Translations under genes and position numbers: made by a program
Source: Tubiluchus corallicola
Lineage: Eukaryota > Animalia > Priapulida
NCBI GenBank assembly: GCA_030141605.1
Contig: JAQGDQ010000231.1
Location: forward strand, 1 to 64,000
Length of the DNA stretch: 64,000 bases
Reading direction: 5' to 3'
In this document: positions 25,560 through 38,300 of the stretch, piece by piece
Layout: each line of letters opens with the position of its first letter
Numbering within the stretch: the stretch's first letter is position 1
Notes under the pieces: generated by a model
Told to the model about the DNA's origin: nothing
What the model saw: the letters and a program-made list of their open reading frames with translations, nothing else
Database searches by the model: none

Positions 25560-27890
25560 TTTCGGTCTTTCGACCTTTATCTGCTAAAATACATGTGAAG
25601 CAGTGCCTTCTAAGACTGTCTATGATAAGTCAAAGCATCATCCATAGGTTTCTAGCGATCTCTCTAAATTATGTACAAAAAAGAACGTCAACTTTTCAGA
25701 TGTGAATCTCGCACTAACGATGCAGATGACATGCTTAGACTTAGATTTAGTCTCTCACTTAAAGGGAAGGTTGACAAGTCAGCTGCACGATATTTAAATG
25801 TACTAGCGCATATATCACAGACTGACCCTAAGGTGTATTGGCAATTCATCAGCCAAATACGTAATAGTTGTGTCCAGCAATCTTTCAAACTTGATAACAA
25901 CATAGTCATCACCGATCCTGGGCCAATATCCAAACATTTTTTGCAGAATCCTTTACTGTGATTCTGATGATGATTGGAATGGTTTGTGCACATCAGATTG
26001 CTTATTCGCTCACCCGCACTTAAACGATTATATATCTAACATTGTTGCTACCCCTTAGCAAGTTTATTCCACCTCAATAGCATTAAATATTTCTAAATCA
26101 ACGGGTACCGACGGCTTCCCAACTAGAATCCTAAAAGCAGGCGCACCTAGCCTAGCTACACCCTTTGTAGGCTGTTTAATGAATCCGTTGTCACTTGGAC
26201 GCCTTCCCTGTAGCTGGAAAGAAGCTAATGTCACCCCAATATACAAAGGGGTGTTAAAGACTCTAGTTTATTTGACAGCTATCAGCCAATCTCTATTACT
26301 AGTGCAATAGGTAAGGTAATGGAAAAGCTAGATGTAAATGGTATCGCTGACTACTTTAATGCGGCTGGCATTATTAGTGATACTCACTTTGGCTTCTTAA
26401 TAGGATCAAGCTGTAACTTTCCTTGTTGTACGCTCACTGGTGCAGATCCCTAGATGTTACTAGTCCAGCCAGTGTCGATGCCATATTTCTGGATTTCTCC
26501 AAGACGTTCGACACGATCTCACACGAAAAAATGCTCGATATATTAAGATCTGTTGCCATTTGTGGTAACGTTCACAAATGGATTTCGACATTTCTGTATA
26601 ACAGACAACAGCGAGTTGTTTATCAAGACTGAAAGTCTAACACGGTACCCGTTACTTTCGGTGTTCCACAAAGGTCTCTTCCTGGCCCATTTTTGTTTGT
26701 TTTGTATACTAACAACTTGACAGAAGTTATTTCTCGCGAAAGCCATGTATACCAATATGCCGATGGCACAGTTCTATATAAGGTCATTAGGAGCTCTGCC
26801 AATGAACATTCTTTAGAGGCAGATCTTCTCAATGTTAACGACTGGTTAATGACAGGGCAAAACAAGGTAGGCTCTTAAAGCCTCAAAAACCGAGCTTATG
26901 GTTATTTCAAGAAACTCTCGCCCTGATCCAATTAATTATAGCATCAACAGTAAAGTCATTAAAGAAGTGCAGACTCACAAACATAATTTCGTATATCTGT
27001 CAAACGATCTTACCTGGAACTTCCAAATATCGAAAGTCTGCAGTCAAGCAAGACGCTTGCTTGCATTTGTTTTTAGAACATATCTGGGTTCCAACTCTGA
27101 AAACTTTGGATTATTGTATTATTCACTGGACCGGCCAATACTGGAGTGCAGTGCCATTATTTGGTCCCACCACACTGTCTGTGGTATTTATAAACTAGAA
27201 TCCGTGCAACGAAAGGCAGCGCGATATATGTACCTCCTAGACCGAAGACCCATACCTGATTACCGCAGAACCGCTTGCAAACTCTCAAAATTGTGAGCCT
27301 CAAAAGTCGAAGGGACCATCCTCTCTTGTATTTGGTTATAAGGCAATGTCCGCCACCATTTAGATAGCCAATGGTCATTTTCAAAATCAAAAGCCGTATG
27401 CGTGGTCGGACGCTTTTAAAGTGAAATAGAATCGCCTGCCTGCATGCCTCATTTTATAACAGATTCCCTAGCTTGTGGAACGAATTACCTGCATAGGCAA
27501 TTCTAATGGCATCATTATCCTCTTTCAGACTGGCTGTCTATCCATTTTACTATCGCATTTTAATTCGTTGGCCTCGTAAACAGTTTATTTATTTTTTAGT
27601 ATTTAATCTTATTTGTAGATAATTTTGTATTTTGAGTAAATAGTCATGATATTTTGCGTAATTTTTACGATATAATTTAAAAAAAATATGTCGCTTGTAT
27701 GTGATTTCTACTGGATAAATGACAGGCTGTGATGTGTTCGAGGCTTTAGTTCGTTGCTGTCATCAATGGCACACATTAGTAGGCATAATCTTCGTATTGA
27801 TCATTAAACGTTATAATTTTGCAGTTTATTTTACTGTATATATTCATTTTTGTGCCTAATAAATACTAAAATAATAGAATAATAAAAAGA
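25560..27890 (+). mobile_element. 5'-truncated, decayed non-LTR retrotransposon (CR1/L2-like ORF2 RT) in the GRP4 intron; boundaries approximate
   Basis: Motifs across frameshifts and stops: KSTGTDG, WKEANVTPIYKG, YQPISITS, FLDFSKTFD, GVPQ..LPGPFLF, YQYADGT (YADD decayed), LESVQRKAAR; A-rich 3' end near 27860-27890. Confidence 0.9.
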
Positions 27891-28240
27891 AGCAAGTGCA
27901 TTAATATATTTGACAAAGCATAAATGTGACCTTTACCTGAAATCTTTTAGTCTGAAATAAACTTTGAGACTATAGAGCAATTTGTGGACTTTTAGCTAGT
28001 GACTTGCGAAATAGTCTACATGTTGTTGTAGTATTGTTATTATGTGTATAATTGGCGTGTACTATATTGTATTCATTTAGTGTTGTTTAGTGTATTGTTG
28101 TTTTGCTGGTAAAATTTTCACTGTTCGGGCAGTACTCACTGATATACATCCATGTGTACGATCAGGCAGTCAGAATCTCTTCTGGTTTTTAAGGTGATTT
28201 ATTACTTTGAAACAAAAAGCAGTTTTTCTTATTCTTTTAG

Positions 28241-31200
28241 ATGGCGCTGACTGCTGACATCACGTATGGAAGTGGTAATAACAATGGAGGTAGTTACGGG
28301 CCAAACAGGAATAATTTCGGCAGTCGAAATCAAGGTTATGGTGGCAACGGATATGGAAGTCCTGGCTATGGCTATAATACAGGAAGCAGTTGTGATGGAC
28401 CAAACTGTGGTCCTGGAGTCAATATTTTAGATACTGGTTACAGTGATCAAACAATCAGATACGCTGATGAAAATCGTGGTTATGGAGGAGGAAGTAATGG
28501 ATATGGTGATGGTAACAATGGCTATGGAGGAGGAAATAATGGGTATGGTGATGGTAACAATGGCTATGGAGGAGGAAATAACGGGCATGGCGATGGTAAC
28601 AATGGCTATGGAGGAGGAAATAATGGGTATGGTGATGGTAACAATGGCTATGGAGGAGGAAATAATGGGCATGGCGATGGTAACAATGGCTATGGAGGAG
28701 GAAATAATGGGTATGGTGATGGTAACAATGGCTATGGAGGAGGAAATAATGGGTATGGTGATGGTAACAATGGCTATGGAGGAGGAAATAATGGGTATGG
28801 TGATGGTAACAATGGCTCTGGAGGAAATAATGGGCATGGCGATGGTAACAATGGCTACGGAGGAGGAAATAATGGGTATGGTGATGGTAACAATGGCTAC
28901 AGAGGAGGAAATAATGGGTATGGCGATGGTAACAATGGCTATGGAGGAGGAAATAATGGGTATGATGATGGTAACAATGGCTATGGAGGAGGAAATAACG
29001 GGCATGGCGATGGTAACAATGGCTATGGAGGAGGAAATAATGGGTATGGTGATGGTAACAATGGCTATGGAGGAGGAAATAATGGGCATGGCGATGGTAA
29101 CAATGGCTATGGAGGAGGAAATAATGGGTATGGTGATGGTAACAATGGCTATGGAGGAGGAAATAATGGGTATGGTGATGGTAACAATGGCTATGGAGAA
29201 GGAAATAATGGGTATGGTGATGGTAACAATGGCTATGGAGAAGGAAATAATGGGCATAGCGATGGTAACAATGGCTATGGAGGAGGAAATAATGGGTATG
29301 GTGATGGTAACAATGGCTATGGAGGAGGAAATAATGGGTATGGTAATGGTAACAATGGCTATGGAGGAGGAAATAATGGGCATGGAGATGGTAACAATGG
29401 CTATGGAGGAGGAAATAATGGGTATGGTGATGGTAACAATGGCTATGGAGGAGGAAATAATGGGTATGGTGATGGGAACAATGGCTATGGAGGAGGAAAT
29501 AATGGGTATGGTGATGGTAACAATGGCTATGGAGGAGTAAATAATGGGTATGGTGATGGTAACAATGGCTATGGAGGAGGAAATAATGGGCATGGCGATG
29601 GTAACAATGGCTATGGAGGAGGAAATAATGGGTATAGTGATGGTAACAATGGCCATGGAGGAGGAAATAATGGGTATGGTGATGGTAACAATGGTTATGG
29701 AGAAGGAAGTAACGGATATGGTGATGGGAACAATGGCTATGGAGGAGGAAATAATGGGTATGGTGATGGGAACAATGGTTATGGAGGAGGAAATAATGGG
29801 TATGGTGATGGGAACAATGGCTATGGAGGAGGAAGTAATAGATATAGTGATGGGAACAATGGCTATGAAGGTGGAAATAATGGGTATGGCAACGGAAACA
29901 ATGATTATGGAGGAGCAAATAATGGGCATGGAGGAGGAAATAGCGGAAGTGGTAATAAAAACAATGGTTATGGAGGAGGATATAATGGGTATGGCAATGA
30001 TGGACCTGTGCTTTGTGTTGAACCAGACTGTGGTCCAGGTGGGAGTACTAACAATGATTTTGATGATGTAGGCAGTAATAATGCCAAAGGAAGAAATAGT
30101 GTGTATGGTGATGGAAACAATAACTATGGAGGAGGAAACAGCGGGTATGATAATGGAAACAATGGTTATGGAGGAGGAAACAGTGGATATGGTGATGGGA
30201 ACAATGCTTACAGTAACGGAAACAACGGCTATGGTGGAGAAAATAGTGGGTACGATGATAGAAACAATGATTATGGAGGAGCAAACAATGATTATGGAGG
30301 AGCAAATAATGGGCATGGAGGAGGAAATAGCGGAAGTGGTAATAAAAACAATGGTTATGGAGGAGGATATAAAGGGTATGGCAATGATGGACCTGTGCTT
30401 TGTGTTGAACCAGACTGTGGTCCAGGTGGGAGTATTAACAATGGTTTTGGTGATGTAAGCAATAGTAATGCAAAAGGTGGAAATAGTGTATATGGTGATG
30501 GAAACAATAGTTATAAAAGGAGAAATAATGGGTATGGTGATGGAAATAATGGTAACGGAAGAGGAAATAATGTTCACGGCAATCGAAACAATGGCTATGG
30601 TGGAAGAAATTATGGTTATGGTGATGGAAGCAATGGTTATGGCAAAACGTTTGATTCTAGTGATGTGCAAGTCCTCTGTGTTGAACCTAATTGTGGTCCC
30701 GGCAACAATGTAAACAATGGTGACGGGTATAGTGGTGGAAACAGTGGCTATGAAAGTGAAAATGGTGGCTTTCTACATGATGAAACTGTTACAGAGGTTG
30801 ATGACTGTATCGGACCTGACGGATATCCATATCTTCCCCCACCGCCAGATTGTCCGCTACCAGCACGAGATGGCCCGAGTGACGATGACATCAATAGTGA
30901 CGATGACAACAAATCTAATTTTGACCTTTGTTTTGGACCCGGCGGATTTCCGTTGTATCCCCCACCACCAAATTGTCCTTCAGTTAATAATGAACGCCCG
31001 AGAGATTATCGTAATGGTTATCGTCGACGTTACAATAGAAACAGTGGCTACAATGGCCAGGACGGACAGTTTCGATTTGATGGTGGTAGGTTTTCAGGCA
31101 GAAATTTCGCTGGTCCTAATGGTGAAAATTTCGGCAGTTTTGGTCATGGTGGATACGGCATAAATAATAATATTTTTGGAAGAAATACGGATTACGCGCG

Positions 31201-31456
31201 CAGAAATAGATATGGCAGTGGGCTTTTTGGTTATAGAGACCGTGGTTACGATAATCAAAGCTTTGGATATGGTGATAGAAACCGTAGCTCTGGCTACAGA
31301 AACCGTGGTTATAGCAGCAGGCCGAGAAATTATAACGGCATAAAGAGGGGATATGGTGATGAAAAATTTGGTAACTTTTTTAGAAATGGGGGTTACCCTA
31401 GTATGAAGCGTAATAGAGACCGCGATCGATGCATTGGATCAGGCTGTCGCACATGA
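28241..31456 (+). CDS. GRP4 exon 2: large secreted Gly/Asn/Tyr-rich protein (1080 aa when spliced)
   Basis: Acceptor attcttttag|ATG; join gives MSITILVLLMALTADITYG-S; about 33 copies of GYGDGNNGYGGGNN, LCVEP(D/N)CGPG x3, Pro-rich CX14C x2, Arg/Tyr-rich tail; 3.2 kb stop-free; AATAAA at 32017. Confidence 0.9.
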   Translation: MALTADITYGSGNNNGGSYGPNRNNFGSRNQGYGGNGYGSPGYGYNTGSSCDGPNCGPGVNILDTGYSDQTIRYADENRGYGGGSNGYGDGNNGYGGGNNGYGDGNNGYGGGNNGHGDGNNGYGGGNNGYGDGNNGYGGGNNGHGDGNNGYGGGNNGYGDGNNGYGGGNNGYGDGNNGYGGGNNGYGDGNNGSGGNNGHGDGNNGYGGGNNGYGDGNNGYRGGNNGYGDGNNGYGGGNNGYDDGNNGYGGGNNGHGDGNNGYGGGNNGYGDGNNGYGGGNNGHGDGNNGYGGGNNGYGDGNNGYGGGNNGYGDGNNGYGEGNNGYGDGNNGYGEGNNGHSDGNNGYGGGNNGYGDGNNGYGGGNNGYGNGNNGYGGGNNGHGDGNNGYGGGNNGYGDGNNGYGGGNNGYGDGNNGYGGGNNGYGDGNNGYGGVNNGYGDGNNGYGGGNNGHGDGNNGYGGGNNGYSDGNNGHGGGNNGYGDGNNGYGEGSNGYGDGNNGYGGGNNGYGDGNNGYGGGNNGYGDGNNGYGGGSNRYSDGNNGYEGGNNGYGNGNNDYGGANNGHGGGNSGSGNKNNGYGGGYNGYGNDGPVLCVEPDCGPGGSTNNDFDDVGSNNAKGRNSVYGDGNNNYGGGNSGYDNGNNGYGGGNSGYGDGNNAYSNGNNGYGGENSGYDDRNNDYGGANNDYGGANNGHGGGNSGSGNKNNGYGGGYKGYGNDGPVLCVEPDCGPGGSINNGFGDVSNSNAKGGNSVYGDGNNSYKRRNNGYGDGNNGNGRGNNVHGNRNNGYGGRNYGYGDGSNGYGKTFDSSDVQVLCVEPNCGPGNNVNNGDGYSGGNSGYESENGGFLHDETVTEVDDCIGPDGYPYLPPPPDCPLPARDGPSDDDINSDDDNKSNFDLCFGPGGFPLYPPPPNCPSVNNERPRDYRNGYRRRYNRNSGYNGQDGQFRFDGGRFSGRNFAGPNGENFGSFGHGGYGINNNIFGRNTDYARRNRYGSGLFGYRDRGYDNQSFGYGDRNRSSGYRNRGYSSRPRNYNGIKRGYGDEKFGNFFRNGGYPSMKRNRDRDRCIGSGCRT
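28480..29890 (+). repeat. Coding 42-bp (21+21) tandem repeat, about 33 units
   Basis: GGGTATGGTGATGGTAACAATGGCTATGGAGGAGGAAATAAT with point variants and one in-frame 3-nt deletion near 28815. Confidence 0.95.
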
Positions 31457-32864
31457 TTCAAAACTAACAATGGAGTAGTTTCAAGCTTTCAGCTAGATTG
31501 TGACCAGATTGTTCTCTCATAACTGCTCTGTCTGCCTAAGGCTGCCCAATAGCAGTAACATAGCAGAAAACACGCTTTTACACACACCCAGTACTGTTTC
31601 ACACGCCTTCGGGAAGTTTAAAAGAATGTATTAAAATGTATCAGAATTATAGTTAGAACTATCTCTGTTAGTATACTAATTAGACAGACACGTGCCTAAA
31701 CAATGTGTGATCGTTTTACGCGAAAAAGACACTCTTTATGCAATTATTGTAAAATAACTACACTTCACATGTCTTTAAAAAATGTTTCAAAGCGTCAGGC
31801 TCAATGGTCAGTTTTCATTGATTTTTTTTTTTGAACTTGTCATTATTGTCGTTACTATTCCATTCGTTCATTGCATGTTATTCTGCACAGGCTGTGCGTT
31901 TTTTCATGTCATGTATTTCATTTATTTGTTCAAGGCCTATTTATAATTCACATTATTAGCGATTTTAATGGTTCTTATTTATTTTAATGGATTGTGACTT
32001 GTATAAAGTGTTCAGCAATAAAACAAATTATCGTGATGTAATATAGAGCTTGTATATATAGAAGTCAACAGTTAGGATAGATTCGTGATAAAATTAGTGA
32101 CATCATACGTAAATTTGAAATCTGGTCATCTGTTTAGAAACTATGTAACTGGAGAGACGAATACAGTTCTCTCAATCGCATGCACGATACGTAGATAACT
32201 AAAATACAATTATTTATGCATTCGCCAGTCCAAAACGATTTACTTGTTTGTGCATTGGCCTTCTATGACCTTTCTATTCAGTATATAACCAATGTTAAAT
32301 AACCCAATTGCCAAAATAATTGTTGATCAGCCTAATAAAATTAAAGTCAGTGAAAGGTGGCGTTCCACTTACCTCGAACAGTTGTTGTCCTGAACATAGT
32401 AAGGTATCATTAAAGTCATTTACTAGTTGATTCAACCGTTTACTGTTGGAGTCATGCAATTATTTGGCAGTGACAGTAGTAGCAAGGCGTTTTGATGATT
32501 ATTAGGCGGACACATCAACTCATCGAAAACAAAAGCAGAGAAAACGCAAAACTTGTGACATCTAGAGATGACTCAAAGAAGTGTAAACTATTGAGGGCAA
32601 TGGAACCCATATATAATGGCACACGAGCGACATAAATACGGACGTTTTCTTAGATTGACCAGAAGTATGCCAAACTTACATCATTATTCTAAATTGATTT
32701 TTTATAATTTACATGCTCACGAAGATTTTGCATAACTCATTTTATTTTTGCAAATTGGAATTCTCTTATATGCAACTATCGCAGAATTTTGCAGCTCAGT
32801 ATCTTTTATTTTACTTAGTGAATTCGTTATAGCTGTGTAACGGCATATATATATAACCTTCAAG

Positions 32865-32897
32865 ATGAGGATAGGGATCATTGTGGTACTGATTTCG
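32865..32897 (+). pseudogene. Orphan GRP-type signal-peptide exon (MRIGIIVVLIS); no downstream body exon found
   Basis: 11 codons ending TCG|GTAAGC like GRP1-3; acceptor ttatag| at 32832; TATATAA at ~32610 and possible donor GTATGC at 32665. Confidence 0.6.
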
Positions 32898-33059
32898 GTA
32901 AGCTTGTCTTATATATCTTGATTATCATACAATGTTTGAGCATTATTTCGATGGAATTATATTGCTAAAATGGATAAATTGTGTCTATAATTTTATTATA
33001 GAAGCAAAACCGGACCCAATGTTAAACTGTAGGTCAAAACAATCTATTCTTTAAAATAT

Positions 33060-33626
33060 TGAAAGGAAAGAATTATTACTATTTTCAAAGAATGCCTTAC
33101 GTGAAAGAATTATTACCACGCCAACACAATTTCACATTCGCGCCACTAGTTCTTCGCTGCTACTTGTATTTTGCCATTCGCTAGTTAGACTGGCACTAGT
33201 GCCTGCATTTCGGAAAGCATTGCACAAAAAACAGGTGCTGTTCCTCTCAGTTCAAATGTGTTAGTTTGTGACGAAGTACACACGTACGACAGCTTATGCG
33301 TGAGTACAGCGGTCAATTTGAAATTTGAATTTTTATCTTAAAACTTGCCGTGTTTTAGCACAACACACTGAATCTCTTGCAGTAGCACAGTACTTCAATT
33401 TTCGCTTTCTCAAACACCCGCAACACACTTTTGGAATCTTTTTGGTGTTAAAAAATGTGTTAGTTTGTGACGTCATCACTACTTGGGCTCGCCCGCCGCT
33501 AATTAATATTTTAATCTATTATTTAATTATCAGAAATGGTTTTGCAGTATTGTTGGTGTTAAAAATATACTTTTTACCGTACTTGAAAATGGGGTGTATA
33601 TGAAAAATCATCCTGCTTTCCTTTAA
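33060..33626. mobile_element. Dispersed DNA-transposon-like repeat, copy 1 (possibly Kolobok-like, ends CCTTTAA)
   Basis: About 400 bp clearly similar to 49080-49471; short TIR AAAGGAAAG...CTTTCCTTT. Confidence 0.65.
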
Positions 33627-36498
33627 TGGGTAACTATATGCAGGATCGTCCAGAAAAAAATTTCCCAGTTACCCTGGTGAGAGGCATCTGGAAAAGAGAT
33701 CCACATTACCGCATAGCCCGGATTCTTCTCTTTCCAAAGAACTATAGGCTTACCTTCAAGGACGTTATTTTCTACAGGGTGTTCCGGCAACGAACAATAA
33801 ATTGCCAGTATTGGAGGTTTTTCAACACCATTCCTACAGGAATACTGTGCAAAAAACTTCCTTGGAGCATTTGGTGGGGGGGGGGATTTATAGCTCTTTG
33901 GAAGTAGGAGAAACAGGTCGATATGAGGATCTTTTACAAATGCCTCTACCAAGATGAAGGTAGTTAGGGGCAGTATTTTTCTGCACGACCCTCAATGATA
34001 GTCATGCCACTTTTCGAAGCACTAATATTTCATTATTAGTTATCGCATAAATCGTGAAAACAATTTTAGTTTTTGGATTCCTCTAAGATTTATTTATTCA
34101 ATAAACCACATTTTTCTCTCAGAAATGAAAACTTGATTAAATTCAAAGAATTCACGACAAGCAATTAAACTTTATTGAGAAATATAATTTGGACACAATG
34201 TAAATTAAAAATATTATCTTTCCATAATATTGCAACGGATGGCGTTTTGGCAGTATTTCGTAGAATTGAGTTAACTCGGCAAAAAATACAGAACAGAAAT
34301 TTAGTATAAAATAACTTGTTGGGCTTCTTTTTTTACGCGTTACATGCCAGGGAAAGATGCTTCGTCCTCCACGTAGATGTCGACGAATGTCTTTGTCTTT
34401 GTCTTCTGTGGAATCGTTATGACATAAGAGCACGCACCTATTTTGAATAGTTTACGCACTGCTATGCATTCTACTGTTAAAATTGAAGAGAATCGGCTGT
34501 ATTCGTTTTTTTGGACACGTGCATTTGAATGGAGAAGAATGGCAAATTGTCCTCTACCACAAAGGGACACAAATAGCGTTCAAGGTTGTTAATCCTAAGC
34601 CTCAAGTGTTGTTTCCAAATACAATTCAATTTATCCACTTATTACTGCAAAGTTGCACTGTAAACGGTGAGTATCCAGTTCTGTCACCTGTGGACATCAT
34701 ATCATGCAAACGTCTTAATTCAACCAATCTAATATTGATGTGATATAATATTGCGTAGACTTCGCGGTCATTTGCGCAAGTGCTTTCAAAATTTTAGCAT
34801 CTAACCGATCTACAAAATCTACAGTTTATTCATCTATTTTTCTACCAGAAGGACTGAAGAACTTTTTCTCTTTCAGCTTTAATGATTTTTGACATTGATG
34901 AAATAAATACCAGTTACACTTAATTAATTATTTAATCATTAATTAATGATGGGTGGTGCGTTGACAAAAAATCTTGAGACTAAATGATTGTGCTTCCTTA
35001 TTTTTTACTTCTATCTATGACAGTTCTTACATCCACTCTATAATGTTTTAATGTTGAACATGTTGCAAACAAAATCATACTTGCAGAACAAAGGCCCAGA
35101 TGGTTCTATGAAAATTAGTTGAACGTGTTACATGCCATTTTTATAACTTACTACAAAAATACAATTATTGATACAAAGCTATTAATCTGATGCAATTTAC
35201 TGATAGCAAAGTCAACAGAAAAACCCAAAGGTTTTTATACATGCATAACTTAAGTTCTTGAGCAGCCCAAATCCGAATGCAATTTACTAATTTTAGCTTT
35301 TATGTGTGAGCAGCAACAGCCGCGGCAAGAACGAAATCGACAACGACAACGGTAACAGACAGCTAGAAACAGAAAAAGCAATTAACGGCTGCATTAACGG
35401 CAACTGCAACAACAGCAACGATGGCAGTGTCATCTGGAATCAATCTTATAAAGCATATTGTTTCATATTTTAACAATTTTGCCCAAATTTTAGAACAATT
35501 ACGTTTCTAGCGGGTAAGCGTTTATTCCTGACAAGACTCTGAAATCTCTAGTCACACACTCCAAGCTTTTTCCAGTGGCACTTCAGCGACATGAATAAAT
35601 CATCGTGTGTAAGTGGCCTATGAATATATGAATGAAAATACGACAACTTCTCCTTAGCACTCATGTTAATCTGCACGGTCACGCCGCCTAACGTCATTTC
35701 TAATTAGGAGAAGCTGCTACGGCAAGCGAGCTTCCACATTCCGCAGAGGAAATTTCGTTCCTTTGTCATCCGTCTGCATGTTATGAATAATTTATTTAGC
35801 GAATACGAAAGATTTTCAGCTTGAAATTTATTGGCCATATTTAAGCGTTTTATTATCAGGTTTGCAAAGCAAGTAACGGTGCCGCCCTCAAGCGTATGGG
35901 AACCATATAGATGTACAGGGCTCGCAACTTTAAAGGGCCAGAAAGTTTAGCAGAAATTTACCAATGAAAAAGTAATAATCTTGATTCTGTTTCTTAATGA
36001 AAGATCGTAATGAAAATATTTTTATTGCTTATGTCTACCTGCAGTTGGTTTATATAGCCCTATGTTTATTTTATGTTTTATGTTTAAGTCTTATGTTTTA
36101 CGTAACAGATTAAATTGCTATTTTGTGTATTTACAAACAAAATTTTTCGTATTTATTTTGCTGAATATTCTAATTAAACTCAAGCGTCTTATATCTAATT
36201 AAAAATTTAAAAATTACAATATACTAATAATAGTTATTAAATTTTAGTATTTGAGAATAATAGGTAGTAATGATTCGTTGTTTATTGAGCGCATAAGTAC
36301 GAACACACAGGGTACACAGAACTAATAATGTAAGAAACGAAACTTCAGGGAGTAAAATCGCAAATTATTAATCCTATTTGTATTAAACGGCTTAAATGCA
36401 GTGGAGACGCAAATAAGAATAAAAAACAACAGTAACAAAGAAAATCAGTACAGTACAGGTGTAACCAGAGTATAGACCTACATAAATTGACAGGAGGT

Positions 36499-36530
<32 letters not shown>
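36499..36530. repeat. (CAA)10 microsatellite
   Basis: Direct. Confidence 0.9.
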
Positions 36531-37739
36531 ATAGTTGCTTTTCATTTGCAACTTATTTTTACTTTCTTTGAAACCCTATAATTAAATTCACATTAGCAAG
36601 TTACCAAAAAAAAACTAACTGACCTGTGCATATGACACAGTAACTTGTTCTTTTAAAAAGTACACTGTACTTTGTTTTATTTATTTCTGTTTATTAAGAA
36701 GTAATTTAACTAGACCGGAACAAAAATTTAAGATGCTTGCTTAAATTATCCATTTTCATATCTGAATTTGCGTAAGATCTTCTTTTTTCGTGCTGAAAAA
36801 CTTGATTCATTCCTAATGGACTTAAAATCTTGTTTTTACCTATTGTATTTCCAAAAAATATTAATCAATAATTAATGTTTGTATTTATTAAGGGGTACTA
36901 TTAGTTTTTTGTTCAATTTGGAGCATGCACAGAGGCAAGTTAATTTGGCGTCAGTTTTTTCATTCGTCTACATGTTTCATTCTCTGGCGCCTTTCTTGCA
37001 TTAATAAAGATTCTTTATCTTCATACCACCTAATTTTCGGTAAGCATAATGCAAAGAGATGCCGACGTGGACGCCACTAAAATGGCAATTTCGGGAAAAT
37101 TTTTCATCAATATTAAATCAGTTTCTTCGAACCGTTTATTATGCAAGGAAATATCACGACAGGGCAATGAAAAAAAAACGGAGAATAATTCGCGCGATTA
37201 GCCTTAAAACTGATTGCAGCTCGCCAATAGAATATCGATAATTATTCATTTTCACACAATGAAAAGAGTGGCAGAGAAAAACGAGCAAATAAATGCAGTT
37301 GTTCGTGGAACGTACAGCAGATTCCACAAAATACGTTAACGTAGGAACAGAATGTGTCACGTGACTCATGTGGCACTAGCCTGCAGAGTATTTCTTGGAA
37401 CGCACAAGTGAAAGCAGGGTTAACACGTCAAATTATATAGGCCTAGTACTCAACGTCAGGTATCTCTGAATCGTTTGAACCTATGAGTAATAATTTAAGT
37501 TGGTATTCAAGTGTACGATATATACTGGAGTACTAATTTCTGTAAAAAGTGTGTTTGTGAGCAGTTCATGTCATTTACATTTTGGAAGTTAATAGCATGT
37601 GTACTTTGTCATCTATTTCTTACTTATTTGGGCCACATAAAGTAAGATATCTATGCTAAGGAGTGGATTCCTACTAACATTTATTGCTTACTCAAAAATA
37701 GCAAGTTAGACCATTGTTCGAGGGATTCGCTAAACTCAG

Positions 37740-38300
37740 CATCCTAGATTAGAAATGACGTCAATGCCGACATCTTGGATTTAAGCCAGCAAATTCAAAA
37801 TCCGACTTTGTCAATCGATACAGAATTCGTTCTAGTAGGTGCCGAAGTCTTAGGCTTTTTCGAAAATGGTTTCATTGCCGCCATCTTAAGTATAAAATGG
37901 CATATTGATGCGGAAGTCATTCTAGTATATTTCTATAAAATTTCGTAACGATCCATTGCGAAGTGGCAGAGCCTTGGGCTTCTTTCGAAAGAAACGTTAT
38001 CGCTACCATTTTGAATTCAAAATGCCGAATCAAAAATCCGATTCCATCAGTTGATGCGGATCTTGTTTTGGTTAAGATTTCATGACGATCCGCTGCGAAT
38101 TGGCGGAGCCCTAGATCTTTTTACAATAATTTTTTCGCCCGCGCCATCTTGAATTGAAAATGTACGATGCAAAATACGACTCCTCCGTTCATGCAGAATT
38201 TTTTGTGATATATTCCTGTAAAGTTTCATGAGAATCCGTTGCGAATTGATGGATCCTTAAGCTTCTTTTCGAAAATGGTATTTCAAAACGCCATCTCCAC
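37740..38300. repeat. Degenerate ~130-bp tandem repeat, 4-5 units (TE-internal satellite type)
   Basis: Recurrent GCCATCTT(G)AATT.AAAATG, AAAATCCGA and GATCCG.TGCGAA.TGG. Confidence 0.7.

Noticed and set aside
28480-29890. Regular repeat array resembling a CRISPR
   Set aside because: Head-to-tail 42-bp coding units with no unique spacers, in a eukaryotic exon, and no cas genes
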